NCBI GenBank assembly: GCA_043732185.1
Contig: JAYTHY010000001.1
Span: 1-47,121 of the forward strand
Reading direction: 5' to 3'
DNA: 47,121 nucleotides
Origin: Fibrobacteria bacterium
GTDB taxonomy: Bacteria; Fibrobacterota; Fibrobacteria; UBA11236
Under the pieces are notes generated by a model. The model made no database searches and had not been told where the DNA came from. It saw only the letters and a program-made list of their open reading frames with translations. Each line of letters opens with the position of its first letter. Within the stretch, counting starts at the first letter, position 1. The position numbers and the translations under genes are program-made. Shown here in pieces: positions 10,057 through 19,534 of this stretch.

Positions 10057-11149
10057 CGGACATCCAACTCCGGTCCGAGGAGCCTTCTACGCCTCTAACC
10101 TTCAATTCAAAATCATCGGGATTGCTGGCGGCTTGCAGCGCTGTTTCATAACTGATGCGCTCGTCCGTATACAGACGTAAAATGCTTTGGTCGAAGGATT
10201 GGGAACCATACTGGGTATACCCTTCGCGGATACTGGTATCGATCATGTGCGTATTCTCTGGTTGGGTTAAAAGTTCCCGGATGGTAGCATTATTAACCAT
10301 TATTTCACAGGCGGGAACACGTCCGTTACCGTCTTTCCGCGGCAAGAGCCTCAGGGTAATGATGGCCACTAGGGTGCTGCATAGCATTAGGCGAACCTGT
10401 TGATGCTGATGCGGTGGAAAAAAAGAAACAATTCGGTTGATGGTTTCCACTGCATTCATGGTATGCAAGGTAGTAAGCACCAAATGGCCGGTATCCGCGG
10501 CTGTGAGGCCGATGGACATGGTTTCCTGGTCGCGAATTTCGCCGATCAGAATAACATCCGGATCTTGACGGAAGGCCGCCCGTAAGGCTGGGGTAAAGCC
10601 TGAGGTATCCGATTCCACCTCCCGCTGGGAAATGATGCTTTTCTTGTCTTTATACAAGAACTCGATAGGATCCTCAATGGTTACGATATTGGAGCTGGTG
10701 TGCTCATTGATATGGTCAATCATGGATGCCAACGTGGTGGACTTGCCAGAACCCGTGGTACCTGTCACTAGAATGAGACCACGCTTGCGAAGACTCAAAT
10801 CGCGAATAACTTCCGGCAAACCAAGTTGATCGAATGCCGGTACAATGCCCACAATAGCGCGGATGGCCAATGCAGGCGTGCCCCGCTGTCTAAAAGCGTT
10901 CACCCGAAACCGGCCAATGCTGCGAATGCCAATGGCGAAATCCAGCTCATGGTTTTCGTCGAATTTTCCCTTTTGATTGCGATCCATTAAGTCCAAGACA
11001 AATTGTTCCATTTGCTCGGGCAGTATCCGCTCATTTTGGAGACGATAAAGTTCGCCGTTAATCCGGAAAGCCGGCTGGCCCCCTACCCGCAGGTGCAGGT
11101 CGGATGCATTCCGGGCTACCATCTCCTTGAGGAGGGACTCAACGTTCAT
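10049..11149 (-). CDS. pilT: PilT/PilU-family type IV pilus retraction ATPase
   Basis: [18 protein letters not shown], Walker [43 protein letters not shown]. The AIRNLIRE motif is diverged (TIRELLTQ), so this may be a PilU/PilT2 paralogue. Confidence 0.88.
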   Translation of the reverse strand: MNVESLLKEMVARNASDLHLRVGGQPAFRINGELYRLQNERILPEQMEQFVLDLMDRNQKGKFDENHELDFAIGIRSIGRFRVNAFRQRGTPALAIRAIVGIVPAFDQLGLPEVIRDLSLRKRGLILVTGTTGSGKSTTLASMIDHINEHTSSNIVTIEDPIEFLYKDKKSIISQREVESDTSGFTPALRAAFRQDPDVILIGEIRDQETMSIGLTAADTGHLVLTTLHTMNAVETINRIVSFFPPHQHQQVRLMLCSTLVAIITLRLLPRKDGNGRVPACEIMVNNATIRELLTQPENTHMIDTSIREGYTQYGSQSFDQSILRLYTDERISYETALQAASNPDDFELKVRGVEGSSDRSWMSGV

Positions 11150-11150
11150 G

Positions 11151-11639
11151 CTAACTGGGCCTAATACGGAACAGCACCGTCCCGTATTCTACCGGTGTCT
11201 CGTTGCCCACGCAGACTTCTTCGATGACACCCGTTAAATCCGATTCAATCTCATTCATGATCTTCATCGCTTCAATGATGCAAAGCACCTGTCCAGCTTT
11301 AACGGCGGTACCTACTTCTGTGAGGGGCGCCGAACCCGGTGTGGAGCTCGCATAAAAGGTTCCCACCATAGGCGAAGTAATGTCCTTGAATTTCGAAGCC
11401 TTTTCCGGTGCCGTGGAAGGCGTAATAGGCTGTTGAACCGCGGGTGCTGCCGCGGTGCCCGTTGCGGGTGCGTAAACCGTAACAGGCGCCGCTATGGGCA
11501 TCATGCCGGATGAAACGGCCCCCTCACGGACAACTTCCTTTCTCAGGACAACTTTGGAGTTTTCGTCACTGAAGCTGATTTCGGTGAGGCTGCTTTTATC
11601 CAGCAGTTTGACTAAATGTGCCACGTCGTTCAATTGCAT
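11151..11639 (-). CDS. accB: Acetyl-CoA carboxylase biotin carboxyl carrier protein
   Basis: ITSPMVGTFY, biotinylation motif IIEAMKIMNEIE, Ala/Pro linker, VEYGTVLF. Confidence 0.96.
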   Translation of the reverse strand: MQLNDVAHLVKLLDKSSLTEISFSDENSKVVLRKEVVREGAVSSGMMPIAAPVTVYAPATGTAAAPAVQQPITPSTAPEKASKFKDITSPMVGTFYASSTPGSAPLTEVGTAVKAGQVLCIIEAMKIMNEIESDLTGVIEEVCVGNETPVEYGTVLFRIRPS

Positions 11640-11663
11640 GCTCGTCCTTTCCGGTATCCCGGT

Positions 11664-13913
11664 CTACTTCTTTCGCTTGGGAATCTTAAAGCCAGGCCTA
11701 GGTCTACGGGTATTCGAATCCGGTCCCAGTTCGCCTGGTTCTGACCCGCCCGGTTCTTGATTTTCCCCATCCGGCCTGCTCGCTTCAATTTCATTGATCC
11801 GGTTTCGAACCGAATCATTCCCTGGTTCCAGTTCCAAGAGCTGACGATAAATCTGCAGCGCCTGCTCTCGTAAACCTTGCTGGAAATATATTTCCGCAAG
11901 GGTGACCGTGGCAACATTTGCTCCACCTTCAGTTTGCGAAACGGTTTCCTCGTCCTCTGGGTAGGCGTCCTCTTCGTCAGTTAGAGGCTGCAAATTCTGG
12001 GAAGGTACGGACATTGTAGTTTTTAGCCCAGAAGCAGCATCTTTTGTCGGTTCAAATATTTCAGAGATGCGCGAAGCCACTTCTTCACCAGTTACCATGG
12101 TTTCTGAATCGGCAGGCGGTTCAGGTTCAGATTTCGACACTTCCAAAGCCATCGTTTCCGCATGCGCGCTAGTTTCGGTAAAAAGTTCATCCAGGCGATT
12201 GGCAACATCCGCGCCATCGACCATTTCCATCGAAGTCGTTTCTGTAAGGTTTTCAACCTCGCCGGAAGAGTGGATATCGGGAAAGTTCAAGTCTGATTTC
12301 GGATTCGCCACTGCGATTTCTAAGGTGGCATCGAAATCAGGTGCTAACGCCACTTCGGATATTGATTCCATGCTGTCGGTTGGCATCATCATCGTTTCCG
12401 CGGCCTCTAACAATAGTTCCTCGGATGTGGCAGTTGTACGATTCTCCTTATCGATTTGACCCGTGCGCCAATCTGAAACAGGATCCTTACCTTCAGACTC
12501 AGTAAGCAAGGGAAATGTCAATGTCTGATCGTTAAAGGCATCGGATGTTTCATTTAAATCAAATAGCTTGTCCAGCTGAGCTTCAATGTCCGCGCCTGTG
12601 ACCGGAGATTGATGTTCCGCATCTTCAAGCCAGCTAACGGGCAACATTGATTCTGTGGACATTATGCCATCGCTGCCTTGGGGCAACGCTGCAACGGTTT
12701 CATCAAAATCAGCTTCTGGTTTCTCGACTCCCGTTGTTTCGCTGGCGGAGATCAATACGGCATTTTCGAAGGACGGAGATTTTTCTTCTTCACTTAGCGA
12801 GAACAAATCATCTAGACGCTTTTCAATATCTTCACCCAGTACTCGGTCCTGTTCAAAACCGAGGTTGCCAATACTCTCCTCATTGAAATCGTTTGCCTGG
12901 AAGGCGGTGGCATCACCTGAAGTGTTAACTTCAATCATTTCCGTAGCTGTAGAAAAGTGCGTCTCATTACCTACAGTTACGTCTGCAGGTGTTGCTGCAG
13001 GCGCAGGGTCTTGCAGTCCAAAAAGCGTGTCCAACCGATCTTCTAGGTCTAGGCCCGAAATTGGGATGGTTTCCGTCTCATCGGAACGCTCTTCCTCAAC
13101 AAGGGCAGAGTCTAAAACTACCTCAGCCAAAACGGGTTCCTTTGCTGGCGTTGGGGCGATTTCAATCGCCAGCGTCGCGTCCAATTGAGAAGTTCCGTCC
13201 ATTTCTGGAGGGATTATAGTTGCCGTTTCGAGAGTGAATTCAGGCCCCGGTTCTGGAAGAGTTTCAGATGCGGGTTCCGAAGTGAATTCAGATTTACCTT
13301 CAGCAATGGCTTCAGGGATAGATTCAATGACGGCATCGATGGAGGTGACATCGTCTGCAGGCGCGAGAAGCATATCTGCATCCTGGCTAGGCAGAAAATC
13401 CGAAATTTCATTTAGATTCACTTCCATCACATCGCTGGTGAAACCATCCGGTTTAAGGAATGTGTCTTCCGATTCATTGGCGGCGGGAGTTGGAGTGGAA
13501 TAAGTTTCGCTTTGCACTGGTGCATTTCCTAGCAAAGACCGAATTTCCACGTCCCAGGGTTCTACTTCCAAAATAGATCGGTAATACCCATTGGCGACGT
13601 CTCCCATCTTGAGCGAATTCATGATGTCAGCCAAATACCGCATGGCGGACAAACAGCGTGCATCCAAGCGTAAGGCGGCTTCAAATTGTTCACGAGCCTC
13701 TTCGGGTCTCCCTGCATCAATAAGGGATTTACCTAAAACAAGATGTCCGGTTAAATGAGTTGGACGCAAACGCAAGCCGTCTTGGCAGGTTTGGATCGCT
13801 TCATCTAGACGGCCTTCCGTTCGGAAGCCCTCACCTATACGCGCAAAGCCGGATAATCCCGATGGTCCGGAAAATTTACGCTGCAATTGATCGGCTGTAT
13901 ACTGGATACTCAT
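11664..13913 (-). CDS. Large TPR protein: N-terminal TPRs, long acidic low-complexity linker with five repeated helical motifs, C-terminal TPR-like hairpin
   Basis: N-terminal GRLDEAIQTCQDGL..P / GRPEEAREQFEAALRLD TPRs; E/D/T/S-rich middle; C-terminal ATVTLAEIYFQQGLREQALQIYRQLLELEP. Confidence 0.75.
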   Translation of the reverse strand: MSIQYTADQLQRKFSGPSGLSGFARIGEGFRTEGRLDEAIQTCQDGLRLRPTHLTGHLVLGKSLIDAGRPEEAREQFEAALRLDARCLSAMRYLADIMNSLKMGDVANGYYRSILEVEPWDVEIRSLLGNAPVQSETYSTPTPAANESEDTFLKPDGFTSDVMEVNLNEISDFLPSQDADMLLAPADDVTSIDAVIESIPEAIAEGKSEFTSEPASETLPEPGPEFTLETATIIPPEMDGTSQLDATLAIEIAPTPAKEPVLAEVVLDSALVEEERSDETETIPISGLDLEDRLDTLFGLQDPAPAATPADVTVGNETHFSTATEMIEVNTSGDATAFQANDFNEESIGNLGFEQDRVLGEDIEKRLDDLFSLSEEEKSPSFENAVLISASETTGVEKPEADFDETVAALPQGSDGIMSTESMLPVSWLEDAEHQSPVTGADIEAQLDKLFDLNETSDAFNDQTLTFPLLTESEGKDPVSDWRTGQIDKENRTTATSEELLLEAAETMMMPTDSMESISEVALAPDFDATLEIAVANPKSDLNFPDIHSSGEVENLTETTSMEMVDGADVANRLDELFTETSAHAETMALEVSKSEPEPPADSETMVTGEEVASRISEIFEPTKDAASGLKTTMSVPSQNLQPLTDEEDAYPEDEETVSQTEGGANVATVTLAEIYFQQGLREQALQIYRQLLELEPGNDSVRNRINEIEASRPDGENQEPGGSEPGELGPDSNTRRPRPGFKIPKRKK

Positions 13914-13935
13914 TCATCCCCCGTCAAAACCTTGA

Positions 13936-14193
13936 TTATATCAAACCTTCCATGGGAATTGCCTCATCAATCAACATTATGGGAATGTCCTCCCGGATAG
14001 GGTAAAGGTATTTCCTATCCGCCCGGATTAGGCCCGCTTCCAACTTTTCCTTGATAACGTCACCAACGCGGTTTTTTAGCTGACCGGCCTCGATTCGGCG
14101 GTTTAACTCGGAAATAATACCCTCTTCAGCCAAGGAAACATCTTCCTTGGTCTCCGGGCAGCACAACATATCCAACAGTTCTTGATCAACCAT
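13936..14193 (-). CDS. Trm112-like (YcaR/UPF0434) protein
   Basis: DQELLDMLCCPETK...YLYPIREDIPIMLIDEA. Confidence 0.8.
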   Translation of the reverse strand: MVDQELLDMLCCPETKEDVSLAEEGIISELNRRIEAGQLKNRVGDVIKEKLEAGLIRADRKYLYPIREDIPIMLIDEAIPMEGLI

Positions 14194-14207
14194 AATTTTC
14201 AATCCTT

Positions 14208-15161
14208 TCAGCCAGCGTATTGGCCCAATAATGACAGCTTGGCTATCCGTTTTTCAACAAGCTCTTTAACATTGGTTTTGCATAGGGTACCCAACTCTTC
14301 TGTCAGCACCCCTTTTAAAATTCTATACATCTGATCGGGATCCCAATGGGCTCCACCCAGCGGTTCCCTAATAATTCGGTCAATCACTTTAAGCCCATGC
14401 AAGTCCGTGGCGGTAATCTTCATGGTTTCGCTCAGCTCTACCTTCTTGGAGCTGTCTCCCCAAAGAATGGCACTGCAAGATTCCGGCGAGATGACGCCAA
14501 ACCAAGCGTTTTCAAGCATAAGCAAACGATCGCCGATGCCAATGCCGATGGCTCCACCGCTAGCGCCTTCACCAATTACGATACAGAGAATCGGCACCGG
14601 TAAAATGGACATCTCCATCAGATTACGCGCAATAGCCTCAGCTTGTCCGCGCTCCTCCGCACCAATACCTGGATAGGCGCCCATGGTGTCGATAAAGGTG
14701 ATGATGGGCAAATGGAATCTTTCCGCCAGTTTCATGCAGCGCAGGGCCTTGCGATAACCTTCGGGATGGGCCATGCCAAAATTACGCCGAATGCTTTCTT
14801 TGGTATCCTTGCCCTTTTGATGACCAATAATCATAACGCTTTGGCCATCCAGCTTGGCAAGGCCACACACCATGGCAGGATCGTCACCAAAACAGCGATC
14901 TCCATGCAATTCCACGAAATCGGTAAAAATATTGGCGATATAGTCGAGGGTATACGGCCGCCCTGAACGTCGCGCCAGTTCCACCCGGTTCCAGGCGGTA
15001 AGTTTGCCCGCAATTTTCTTCTGCATGCCTTCTTTTTTAGCGATGAGATCTTTCACGTCGGCGGAATCAATTTCACTGCTTTTGAGCAAGTCCTCGATTT
15101 TCATGGACAGCTCTACAACAGGCTGTTCAAATTCAAGATGTGGACCTTTGGGTATTGGCAT
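14208..15161 (-). CDS. accA: Acetyl-CoA carboxylase carboxyltransferase alpha subunit
   Basis: LEFEQP, ELHGDR, GHQKG, RNFGMAHPEGYRKALR, AEERGQAEAIARNL, GEGASGGA, VISPE. Confidence 0.96.
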   Translation of the reverse strand: MPIPKGPHLEFEQPVVELSMKIEDLLKSSEIDSADVKDLIAKKEGMQKKIAGKLTAWNRVELARRSGRPYTLDYIANIFTDFVELHGDRCFGDDPAMVCGLAKLDGQSVMIIGHQKGKDTKESIRRNFGMAHPEGYRKALRCMKLAERFHLPIITFIDTMGAYPGIGAEERGQAEAIARNLMEMSILPVPILCIVIGEGASGGAIGIGIGDRLLMLENAWFGVISPESCSAILWGDSSKKVELSETMKITATDLHGLKVIDRIIREPLGGAHWDPDQMYRILKGVLTEELGTLCKTNVKELVEKRIAKLSLLGQYAG

Positions 15162-15178
15162 AAAAAATCCCTTTAAGT

Positions 15179-16918
15179 TCAATCACCAAAATTCAAGTCG
15201 ATCAAAGCCATTTCATTCGGTTCAGGCTCCCCGACCAAAAGCTTCACTTCCAAGCCATGGGTGGATTTCTCCGTCAAAATTTTGACGGCGGTTTGAAAAG
15301 CCCCCTCCTCCAAAGTAATCACAACGCTCTGGAGTTCCACCTTTTTAACGATGGAAGCCAACGTATATAAATCGCCTATCAGGTTTTGCATCACATCCTG
15401 GGAAACGCGTCCCTGGCCCATGCTGATAAAACCCACAAATTCATAGCCAGCCAAACCTTCCTGCTGGATCAAGGTTGCAAGTTTCCGCGCCCGATCATTG
15501 CTTCCAATAATCGCCACGCGTTTGGTCGAGCCCATGATCTTTGTCAAAAAGCGGCCACCCTGCAAGGAGAGGAAGCGCCACAGTGTCAAACTAAGGATGC
15601 TGAAAAGCGCGGAGAGGGCGAAAGCCACGCGCGAATACGCCTCTTCACGAATAAAGAAACTCATTGCGAAAAAACCCAGAAAGGATACGCACAAGGTTGC
15701 AAAAACCGTTTTCAACTTTTGCGCGGAACGTCCGTAATCCCCGATATAAGCCATGGGTACAAGCACGGAAATAGAAACCAGCGAATGCCAGAAAAAATAC
15801 AGCTGCCTGTCCGTATGGTAAGGAGAGGGCATGCCTAAATATCCCATGTAGGTGAATGTCATTAACGCGAGAATTCCATTTACCAGCGTCAGATCCGTTA
15901 TCCATCGCTGCCATTTTTGAAATCGCGAATAAGCGAAGCTTGCTAAGGCTAGCGCAATCACTCCAAGAAAAAAGAAACTCAAAGGCAGGGCTCGCAATTC
16001 AAAGTGCTTCTTTGAAAAAATGACCATGGCTTCGTAGAAATACAGAAAGGAACGGAAAGGTTTGCTTTTGGCGCTTTCACCCTTGAAATGAATAACCGTT
16101 GTCTGAGGATGGTAAAAATTCCGTTTGCCCAATAATTTAATGCGAAAGCAAAAATCCAAATCCTCTCCATACATGAAAAAATCTTCATCGAATCCATTAA
16201 CGGATTTGAACAGACTGGTCTTTACGCACAAAAAGGAACCCGAAATAGCATCAACCTCGTGGGTTTTATTTTCATCGAGAAAAGTCAAATTATAGCGACC
16301 GAACACGCGGCTTTTTGGGAAAAGGCCGGACAGTCCCATGAATTTGTACGCGGCAACCTGGGGCGAAGGAAAGCTGCGCTTACACGCCAATTGCAAACTG
16401 CCATCTCGATTTACGATTTTACATCCCGCCACACCAATTTGCGGTTCCGTCTGGAAGAAGTCCCACATGACCGAGAACGTATTTTCACTCACTAATGTAT
16501 CGGGATTCAAAAACAGGAGCAATTCCTGGGTAGCGAGTGCAGCGCCGCGATTGCATCCGGTTCCAAAACCGAGGTTGCGATCCGACTTCAACCAAGTCAC
16601 CAATGGATAGCGGGGCTTGAGTAAGGTTAAAGTTCCATCGCGGGAGTCATTGTCAAAAACAATTATTTCCACCACACCAGGAAAAGTCTCCGCGGCATGA
16701 TAGACGCTTTGTAGGCAGGCATCCAAATATTCCCGGACATTGTAGGACACGATGACGATGGAAATCCCGGGCAAGCCATGTCGTTCTGGCTCTGCTACAT
16801 TCGAGGCTTTTTCGGTAGGCGCATGTTCACCAATTTTTGCTTGATTAGTGGCAAGTTCAGAGATTCGACTCAGAGGCTTGAAGCGATAACCAGGAAGGTT
16901 TCGCAAAAAGGAACTCAT
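15179..16918 (-). CDS. GT2 glycosyltransferase with C-terminal TM helices and a CoA-binding-like Rossmann domain
   Basis: ISIVIVSYNV, DNDSRDG, NLGFGTGCN, LFLNPDT, GFDEDFFMYGEDLDFC, IHFKGES; then several TM helices and KRVAIIG...YEFVGFI. Confidence 0.88.
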   Translation of the reverse strand: MSSFLRNLPGYRFKPLSRISELATNQAKIGEHAPTEKASNVAEPERHGLPGISIVIVSYNVREYLDACLQSVYHAAETFPGVVEIIVFDNDSRDGTLTLLKPRYPLVTWLKSDRNLGFGTGCNRGAALATQELLLFLNPDTLVSENTFSVMWDFFQTEPQIGVAGCKIVNRDGSLQLACKRSFPSPQVAAYKFMGLSGLFPKSRVFGRYNLTFLDENKTHEVDAISGSFLCVKTSLFKSVNGFDEDFFMYGEDLDFCFRIKLLGKRNFYHPQTTVIHFKGESAKSKPFRSFLYFYEAMVIFSKKHFELRALPLSFFFLGVIALALASFAYSRFQKWQRWITDLTLVNGILALMTFTYMGYLGMPSPYHTDRQLYFFWHSLVSISVLVPMAYIGDYGRSAQKLKTVFATLCVSFLGFFAMSFFIREEAYSRVAFALSALFSILSLTLWRFLSLQGGRFLTKIMGSTKRVAIIGSNDRARKLATLIQQEGLAGYEFVGFISMGQGRVSQDVMQNLIGDLYTLASIVKKVELQSVVITLEEGAFQTAVKILTEKSTHGLEVKLLVGEPEPNEMALIDLNFGD

Positions 16919-17622
16919 GCATTGCTCCCAAATCGCAATCTGATGAGCACGAGTAAGGCTTCCTTGATGATGGTGCCGGACATTTTCGATACGCCAGCGG
17001 TTCGGTCGATAAAAATGATCGGGATTTCCCGGATTTTAAAACCTTTTTTCCACAGCTTATACGTGACTTCAATCTGGAAAGAATACCCGCCCGCATGGAT
17101 TTTTCCCAAATCCAGAGATTTCAAGGCTTCGACTCGAAAGCACTTAAACCCTCCAGTGGCATCTTGGACTGGTAATCCGGTAATCCAGCGGGCATACATA
17201 TTCGCGAAATAGCTGAGCAAAAGGCGGCTCATAGGCCAATTTACAACGGAAATCCCATTGATATACCGGCTGCCCACCACCAAGTCATTGTTTTCTATTT
17301 CTTTCAAGAAAACCGGGAGATGGGCCGGATCATGGGAGAAATCCGCATCCATTTCAAAAACAAAATCGTATCCTTTGGCAATGGCATGCCGGAATCCGGC
17401 AACATAGGCACTACCTAGCCCCTGTTTTCCCTGCCTGCGCAAGAGTTGCAGGTTTTTACGCGTAACCAACTGACTCTCAACCCAATCGCCGGTCCCATCA
17501 GGGGAGCCATCGTCCACAATTAGGATATCCAAACCAAGTTCGAGTGCGTCGATTTTGTCCAACAACTTGGGCAAGTTTTCGATCTCATTAAACGTAGGGA
17601 TGATGACGAGGGATTTGGCCAT
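16915..17622 (-). CDS. Polyprenol-monophosphomannose synthase (Ppm1/DPM1-like GT2)
   Basis: LVIIPTFNE, VDDGSPDGTG, GKQGLGSAYVAGF, EMDADFSHDP, GSRY, DATGGFKCFR, GYSFQIE, EIPIIFIDRTAGVSKMS. Confidence 0.88.
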   Translation of the reverse strand: MAKSLVIIPTFNEIENLPKLLDKIDALELGLDILIVDDGSPDGTGDWVESQLVTRKNLQLLRRQGKQGLGSAYVAGFRHAIAKGYDFVFEMDADFSHDPAHLPVFLKEIENNDLVVGSRYINGISVVNWPMSRLLLSYFANMYARWITGLPVQDATGGFKCFRVEALKSLDLGKIHAGGYSFQIEVTYKLWKKGFKIREIPIIFIDRTAGVSKMSGTIIKEALLVLIRLRFGSNA

Positions 17623-17720
17623 GGTCACTTATTCAAATGCGTGTTATGTGGAATACTCAACCCGCCTAAGTTGGGGGCTTAATATAGCAAAAACGGCTGT
17701 TTTCTCCCGATCAGGCCTTA

Positions 17721-18608
17721 TCAGGCACTTTTATCGATTTTATCCACCCAATTGAGCTGTTCTCGGACATTTCTGGGCCTAAAACCCGTTTCTTTGAACA
17801 ATTTATCACAATTGAGGCCGGACTTTAATGGACGTTGTGCCAGTTGTTTGAGGTCTGCCGTAAGGCAAGGTTGAATCAACTTAGGGTCTAATCCGTAATG
17901 GTTGGCGATGGCTACCGCCCACTCAAAGCGGCTATTCCATTCCGACCCGGCAACATGGTAAAGGCCGGTCTTTCCCGACCCCACCAATTTCCAAACAGCC
18001 AAAGCCAAATCTTCAGCCAGGGTGGGATTTCCCCATTGATCAGTGACTATTCGAATGGTTTTTCCGGCTGCAAGACTGCTCTGTACAAACTCGACAAAGC
18101 TGGTCTTGGCTCCCCGCCCCTTCCCCCAAAGCGTCATGGTGCGCAGCACCAAGGAACGAGGTGATCCAGCTAGGGTAAGTGCCTCCGATTCTAATTTTGT
18201 GGAGCCGTAATAACTTAGTGGTCCAATAGGGTCCTGCTCACGGTACGGTCCGGACAATCCATCAAAGACATAGTCGCTGGAAATTTGCACCAATGGCACA
18301 CCTGTCGCTGCCATCCAGCCAACGGCATCGCGGTTCAGCAATGCGCATAATGGCCGATCCCTTTCACAGAGATCAACATCCGTAATGGCGGCGGCATTGA
18401 GTATCAAATCGGGTGAATATTCGGCCAGGACAGATTCCAGAGCTTGTCGCTTAGTAACATCCAGACTACGGTACTCGGCAAGATACGGGGAGAGGACGGC
18501 GGCAGCTTCAATACCTGCGCCCACCAATTGCCACTTTCCATCTGACGGCAATGTCCTGATCAGATTCTGACCCAACAGGCCATTACAGCCGATGATTAGG
18601 GCTTTCAT
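17721..18608 (-). CDS. rfbD: dTDP-4-dehydrorhamnose reductase-family SDR
   Basis: GCNGLLG, NAAAITDVDLCE, ISSDYVFDG, YGSTKLESE, DQWGNPT, GLYHVAG. Confidence 0.85.
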   Translation of the reverse strand: MKALIIGCNGLLGQNLIRTLPSDGKWQLVGAGIEAAAVLSPYLAEYRSLDVTKRQALESVLAEYSPDLILNAAAITDVDLCERDRPLCALLNRDAVGWMAATGVPLVQISSDYVFDGLSGPYREQDPIGPLSYYGSTKLESEALTLAGSPRSLVLRTMTLWGKGRGAKTSFVEFVQSSLAAGKTIRIVTDQWGNPTLAEDLALAVWKLVGSGKTGLYHVAGSEWNSRFEWAVAIANHYGLDPKLIQPCLTADLKQLAQRPLKSGLNCDKLFKETGFRPRNVREQLNWVDKIDKSA

Positions 18609-19534
18609 ACCTCGCGACGGACCGGATACGTGCGTTCCACCGTGCGGTGGTTGATCATTTCACCCAATAGTCCAATGGACACAAATTGAATACCTACTAT
18701 AATGGACGCCACACCGGCCAGCATCAACGGCCGCACATGACCATTACCGGTCACGGCCCATTCAATGGCAAAACCAGCGAGTATGGCAGCACCCAAAAAA
18801 CTAAAGGCCAATCCGATGAAGCCGAAAAGGTGCAAAGGTCGACTGGTATATCGGTGTAGAAACACCAAGGTGATGAGATCAAAAGGCCCATTTGTGAGTC
18901 GAGCCCAACCATATTTGGAATAGCCAAACTTTCGGGGGCGATGCTCAACCACTTTTTCGACCACCTTGAAGCCATTCCAATTGGCCATTACCGGAATATA
19001 GCGATGCAATTCCCCATATAAATCCAGACTTTTGACCACCTCGCTGCGATAGCCCTTAAGCCCACAATTGAAGTCGTGCAGCTTTAGTCCTGCAACCCGG
19101 CCCGTCACTGCATTGAACAGTTTGGAAGGGAGGGTTTTGTGAATCGGATCATACCTTTTCTTCTTCCATCCCGATACGAGATCGGCCCCATCCTCCAGCA
19201 ACTTGATGATGCCGGGAATTTCCGTGGGATTGTCTTGCAGATCCGCATCCATAGTCATGACATAGGTGCCTCGACTGCGCCGAAAGCCTTCAGATAAGGC
19301 CGCGGCCTTGCCACAATTGTGCCGGAATTGAACGCCACGAATGCGAGTGTCCTGCTTGGCTAAAGCTTCAATGCAAGCAAAGGTTCCATCTTTACTTCCA
19401 TCGTCAATAAGAATGACCTCAAAGGTGATGTCTTCTTTTCGGCAGACTTCGCAAATTTCTTTGACCAAAACAGGAATGCTCTCCACCTCATTATAGGCGG
19501 GAATGACAAGGGAAAGTTTGGGTGATTCGATCAT
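18605..19534 (-). CDS. GT2 polyisoprenyl-phosphate glycosyltransferase (ArnC/GtrB-like)
   Basis: LSLVIPAYNE, IDDGSKDGT, GKAAALSEGF, MDADLQDNP, LHDFNCGLK, YGELHRYIP; two C-terminal TM helices ending GLLGEMI. Confidence 0.9.
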   Translation of the reverse strand: MIESPKLSLVIPAYNEVESIPVLVKEICEVCRKEDITFEVILIDDGSKDGTFACIEALAKQDTRIRGVQFRHNCGKAAALSEGFRRSRGTYVMTMDADLQDNPTEIPGIIKLLEDGADLVSGWKKKRYDPIHKTLPSKLFNAVTGRVAGLKLHDFNCGLKGYRSEVVKSLDLYGELHRYIPVMANWNGFKVVEKVVEHRPRKFGYSKYGWARLTNGPFDLITLVFLHRYTSRPLHLFGFIGLAFSFLGAAILAGFAIEWAVTGNGHVRPLMLAGVASIIVGIQFVSIGLLGEMINHRTVERTYPVRREV

